Positions 57,969 through 64,000 of a stretch of DNA of 64,000 nucleotides are shown here, piece after piece; position 1 is the first letter of the stretch; each line of letters starts with the position of its first letter. This stretch comes from the human T2T-CHM13v2.0 reference genome, Homo sapiens. The position numbers were made by a program, and so were the translations under genes. The notes beneath the pieces were generated by a model. The model was given only the letters and a program-made list of their open reading frames with translations, did not search any database and was not told the DNA's origin. Location of the stretch: assembly GCF_009914755.1 (NCBI RefSeq), contig NC_060936.1, one strand, 5' to 3'.

Positions 57969-58397
57969 AGATTGACTTTTAAAAAACTTTTAATTTTGAA
58001 AAAATTTTAGATCCATAGAAGCACATAAAGATTATATGAAGAGTTCCTTCTGATGTTAATCTTGCATGACCACAGTACATTTTGTCAGAAGAAATTAAAC
58101 ATAGGTACAATGTGATAAACTACAGCCTTTAATTAGATTACATCAGTTTTTCTACTAATGTCCTTTTTGTTTGTTTCAGGATCAAATCCAAGATTCCATT
58201 GCATTCTGTTGCACTTGATCATCCTGTTTCCTTATTCTCCATTTGTCTCCTTAGTCTCCCCTTCCTGGTACTTTCTTCGTCTTTCCTTGTTTTTCATGAC
58301 CTTGACACTTTTTTAGCCTACTGATTACATATTTTGTAGTGCATTTAATTTGAATTTGTCTGTTCTCTTATGATTGGACTGGGGTTGTAGATTTTTA

Positions 58398-58604
<207 letters not shown>

Positions 58605-58721
58605 TCATTAGAGCATATCATTATATCTCATGATCTCAACATGACTTATTACTGCTGATATTGACCTTCATCACTTGACTAGGTGATATCTGGCAGCTTT
58701 CTCTTTGATAAAGTTTCAAGT

Positions 58722-59031
58722 TTTTTATTTATTTATTTATTTTTTTTTTTGGAGATGGGCTTGCTGTGTTGCCCAGGCTGGAGTGCAGTGGCACGATCAC
58801 AGCTCACTGCAGCCTCAAACTCCTTGACTTAGGTGATCCTCTCGCCTCAGCCTTCTGAGTAGCTGGGACTAGAGGTGCATGCCACCACACCCAGCTAATT
58901 AAAATTTTTTTTGTAGAGGTGGGGTTTCGCTCTGTTGCCCAGGCTATTATTGAACTCCTGGCCTCAAACAATCCTCCTGCCTTGGCTTCCCAAAGTGCTA
59001 GGATTACAGGTGTGAGCTACAGCACCTGGCC
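58722..59031 (-). mobile_element. AluJ-like element
   Basis: Antisense dimer. Confidence 0.88.
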
Positions 59032-61323
59032 TCTAGTTTTCCGTTTTCATCCCCTGCTCCTTATAAGTGATAAATGAACCACTAAGTTGAGACCACACTC
59101 AAGGACAGGGGAATCAAGCTTCACCTCCTGGAGAAAAGAGTATCAAGGAATTTTTGGACTCTTAAAGGCACCACGGTAATTAATAAGTAATTTGGAGAAG
59201 ATAGTTTGAGACTCTGCAAATACCCTGTTTCTCCTTAGAGTTTTGCCCACTAATTTTCAGGTTCATCCTTGGCTGTTGTCTGCAGCATCTGTTATGTGGC
59301 ATAAAAATGTGACTTTCTATTTCCCTCGTTCCTCTACCTGTATTATTTGGAATTCTTCTCTAAGGAACATTTGTCCATTTTTCCCCCATTTACTTATTCA
59401 GTCATTCATTTTCATCAGTATGGGCTTTTGGATATTTATTTTGTCTTTTAGGTTATAATCCAATACTCTTGCTATTTTGTTGCTCAAATTGTTCCAGCTT
59501 TGGCTTCTGGGAGCTTTTTCAGGTTGGCTCTGACATGCTCCATCCTGCCCCCCACCTCCACTGCCTCCACCTTTGGTTGATTTTTAGTAACAAACAGGCC
59601 TCTAAAATAAAAATCCAATTCAAAAGTTTGTTTAAAACACATTCCTAAAACTTCATCACTTTTCATCATAACTGGATAGTAATTTCCATATTGTGATAAG
59701 TCTTGGCATTTTTCTTCAACTAGACATTTTTAAAATTTAGAACCTTGTGATTCTTACTTGCCACCCACTTAACCTATATCTTAAAGCTAATGACTATAAT
59801 TTTTAATAAGTACTGCAAGAAACTTGAGTGAAGAACTCAGAGAAGAATAAATAACATTAAAACATTTCAGAAGAAAAAGAGATGGGTAAAGCCTTAAAAA
59901 TGCCTGATATTTAAGAGTTAATGCCTTTTCAAACAATATATGGTTTCTTCGCAAGATTATTATTGAAAAATACAATGAAGAGATGAGTTTCTGAGATTTT
60001 CTGATTGATAAGATTGTCTGAATAAAAAAGGTTTTCTTAAGAAACCTTCTAAGCTAGAAGGCACTCATTGCTAGACTCAGTTAAAGAAGACAGCTATAAT
60101 TTAGTTTTGGAGACCTGCTTGGAACTCTGGAATGTAGAAAACTCTGGTTTTGACAAGTACAGCTGACTTCTGGGGTGCTATTGAAGAATGCTGGCCTGTT
60201 GGAAAGTGATCTGGACTAGGCTCTGGGGAGAGAGGCAAAATGATAGAAGGCACTAAGTTAATACAGTGGGGAGTTGCCTTTCTGGTTTTTTGAATTGTTA
60301 AAAGAGTTTGAAGAGGAAGAGAAAACAGGCTTAGTTTTGCAAATGGGAGCTAGTGTATCTGTACTGTATCCATGCCCAAGGGTGGGAAGAATTTCTGGTG
60401 TGGAAAAGTTATGTAAGGAACTCATTCCCAGGAAGATCGTTTGCATTTACTTATTTACATATACTTGATGCACCTGATCAATTCAAGCAGTACAGAAGGA
60501 TGAGGTGCTTTTCGTAGATTTTGTCCCAGTACCCAGTTCTGATTTTCCGTTGTTTCTCAACCATCACCAGTTGAGTTCTTGCTGTGCCCCTGATGGGCAA
60601 TGGTTACTGGGGTACAGCTGAAAGACCCGATCCATGCACTCAAGGCTCTTCACATGAGTGGTGGATACTCTGGGTAGCCTGTAAGGAACATCTAGAGCAG
60701 TGGCCGGGGCTGGTAGAGATTGCTTCGGGACCACAGAGCAGGGACGCCTAAGTCAGGATGGTGGACGAAGGAAGACTTCCCAGAGGGCAGTCCCTGGTGC
60801 AGAGCCATAGGGAAGGTGTGAGTTTGCCAGCATAGATCAAGGAAGAAAGCAGCTTCAGGCTGAGAACCACAGGTGCAGAGACACCTGGAACGCTCTTGGC
60901 ATAACCTGGGAAATGCTAGGAGTTGAGCCTGGCTGGGTGGAAGGTGATGGTAATGGGATGGGAGAGGCAGGCAAGGTGAGCTTGCGTGGAGCCTGGAGGG
61001 TCACCTTTGAACTTCTGAAGCCTGTGAGAAGCCACTGGGGAATGAAGCTGTCATGGAGCTTAGGTGCTTAAGGGCCGTCATGACTGGTCTTAGTTTCCCC
61101 TCCAGTGCCTGGTTTGTGGGTCTGTCTCTCTAGTAGGCATGATAAGTACTTGCAGTACTTTCCATGTCTTATGAAGGTGTAGCTTTCCCATTTAATCTAT
61201 AATATTATATAAACTACTTGGAATTTTCAGGTGCATCATGTCGGGGTAGATGTAGCCAGGCAATGAGTGTGTCAGGAACATTCCATTAGGGCAGGGCCAT
61301 GCCTATCCCAGCAGCAGGTATAA

Positions 61324-61729
<406 letters not shown>

Positions 61730-61743
61730 TAAGACAAATTTCT

Positions 61744-62048
61744 GGCTGGGTGTGGTGGCTCACGCCTATAATCCCAGCACTTTGGGAGACCAAGGCGGGC
61801 AGATCACGAGGTCAGGAGTTCGAGACCAGCCTGGCTAACATGGCAAAACCCTGTCTCTACTAAAAATAAAAAAAATTAGCCAGGTGTGGTGGCAAGTGCC
61901 TGTAGTCCCAGCTACTCGGGAGGCTGAGGCAGGAGAATCACTTGAACCCGGGAGGCCCGGGGTTGCAGTGAGCCGAGACTGTGCCATTGCACTCCAGCCT
62001 GGGTGACAGAGTGAGACTCTAGCTCAAAAAAAGAAAAAAAAAAAAAAA
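61744..62048 (+). mobile_element. AluS-type element
   Basis: Full dimer with TSD AAGACAAATTTCT. Confidence 0.92.
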
Positions 62049-62439
62049 GACAAATTTCTTTCTCCATTAGTGAAGTCTCTGACACTTAGATAATGTAGTA
62101 CTCAATTATATAATTTGCTTCTTCTCCAAATATTTAATATTAAAATACTGCAGACTCCTTAGAAGGCAGGGTCTTTGTATATTCTTTTTTATTCTTGTAG
62201 TCAAGCCTCAGGGACCCACCGTGAAGAAAAGGCCTTGTATTTGTGTAAAAGTGAAATAATTTGTGACTTTCTCCCCAGACACAGACCTTTTGGGCATCTA
62301 CAGTGTCATCTCTCTTAAGAGCAGCAGTATCTTTGGAATTATTTTTAGGGCCTTTGGGAAGTTAGTTGGCTTTTCTGTACCTCAGAAATTTTCAATGGGA
62401 TAAAATGAATTCTAATTCTCTTCTAAGATGGTTAGCAGA

Positions 62440-63680
62440 ATTCATTTATTCATATCTTTCACCAACAATTTTCCCTGAGTATCTGTTATATGCCTGGCAT
62501 TGTTTTAGAGATTTGAGATGCAACAGTGAACAAATCAGAAAAAAGTTCCTGTCATCCTGGGGTTATGTTCTACAGAGGGAAGGCATAGCAAATGAATAAA
62601 TAATATATATGTAATTGTTACAATAATACCAGAGAAGAGGAAATAGCCAGCTGGGAAGGTGGGCATTGCAATTTTCATCTTAAACAGAATGATCAGGGAA
62701 TTACTCCCTGGAAAGATGTCCTGTGAAGGCAAAGACCTGAAGGAGAAGTAGCCACCCCTGCAGGTATCCAGCAGAAGATGTTCCAAGAAGGACAGGTTAA
62801 AATGCCTTATGCAAGAGTGTGTCTGGCTTATTTGCAGAAGAGCCAAGAATTTGGTGTGGCAGGGCAAAGATTGCAAATAGGAGAGTAATAGGAGAGGTCA
62901 AAGGGCTGCTGGGAGGGAGATTTGGAGGAAGATCTGATCTCTTGTAGACCATCAGATGTATTTCCCGGGTGGCTTTCACCTTGGGAAATCATCCAGCCCT
63001 TGAGTGGTTTGGAGGAGAGGAGTCATGTGATCTAAGCTCGAACCAAGTTTGTCAGGTGTCGGGTGAGGATGGGAGCAGGGGGATCCCTTGGGAGGCTGTT
63101 AGAATAGGAAGGAGGACAAGACTTTGGAACAGGGTGACAGTATTGGAAGTGGTCAGATTCTGGATAGATTTTGAAGATCGAGTGGACAGAATTTGTTGAT
63201 GTGTTAGCTATGGGGTGCAAGAGTGGAAAAAGAATTAAGGAGTAATACAAAGATCTTGGCTGAACCGCTAGGAGAATAAGGTTGCCATTTGCTGAGATGG
63301 TGAAGACTGTGGGAGGAGTAGGTATGGGGCGTAGTCAGGTGACTTGGACACATTAAGTTTGAGATGCATCTTTGACTTTAAAGGGGAAGCATAGAATAGG
63401 AAGGCAAGATATCAGGAGAGAGGTCAGAGCTGAGGTATCATTTTTTGGTGTGCATGCATGGGTGTATATTTGGCTATCAATTAGGTAAAGAATATTTGCA
63501 GCCATAGGGCTGCTGGGACCTCCAGCAGAGTGAGTAGATGGAGAAGAGTTTGAAGAGCTAGGTCTGGCCACTCAGTGTTTAGACTCTGGAAGATGAAGTG
63601 TCAGTGCTGAAGTAGCCAGAAAAAGACAGAGAAAACCAAGGAGAGTCTGGTGTCCTCGAAAGCACATGCAAAGAGTGCTG
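62440..63680 (-). mobile_element. L2 fragment (~1.2 kb)
   Basis: TTCATTTATTCAT...GAGTATCTGTTATATGCCTGGCATTGTT...GAAGTGGTCAGATTCTGGATAGATTTTGAAG...TTGGACACATTAAGTTTGAGATG. Confidence 0.8.
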
Positions 63681-64000
63681 AATGAGGTATTTAGCAAATG
63701 GGTAGAATAATCATACTCTCACAAGCACAGATTCCCATAGAAATGGAGCCAATGGGAGCAGAGAAGAGAGTCTGGGGATATTAATTTTGTATTAGGCAGA
63801 TAGTCTATTAACAGAAACTCTCTCCTATTTAGGTCTGTTATAACTGTTGGCTTAGGTATATTTTTATAACTGATGTAGGTTCTGTTTGGAGCAAAGAATG
63901 AAATCTATAACCTGAACTTCCTAATTCTTTCCCTAAAGGTGGTATTTCTTGTGAGGGAGTGATATAAAGAGCTTGTATCCTTTAGGAACAAATTATTTTC

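Overview
This is primate, almost certainly human, genomic DNA rich in Alu, L1, L2 and LTR repeats. It contains one complete + strand protein-coding gene that the ORF track misses because its exons are tiny: C12orf75 (OCC-1/AGD3; human 12q23.3 from memory). I assembled it by hand from five coding exons: 16707-16752, 34423-34447, 51627-51662, 52437-52516 and 53292-53296. These total 192 nt with GT-AG introns throughout and encode 63 aa: [63 protein letters not shown]. The gene has a CpG-island promoter (~16.3-17.15 kb) and a probable non-coding last exon from 56455 with two candidate poly(A) signals. Most notable observations: (1) a 73-codon open frame in the last '3'UTR' exon can be reached three ways, by an ATG 14 nt after the stop, by skipping exon 5, or by using the stop codon's own AG as a 3' splice site; (2) an Alu at 46.5-47.1 kb carries an inverted copy of neighbouring DNA with a snap-back hairpin; (3) a young AluYa5-lineage element sits in exactly the same target site as an older AluY. 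No prokaryote-type system, tRNA, rRNA or CRISPR array is present. Repeat family names and most repeat boundaries were recognised by eye and are approximate.
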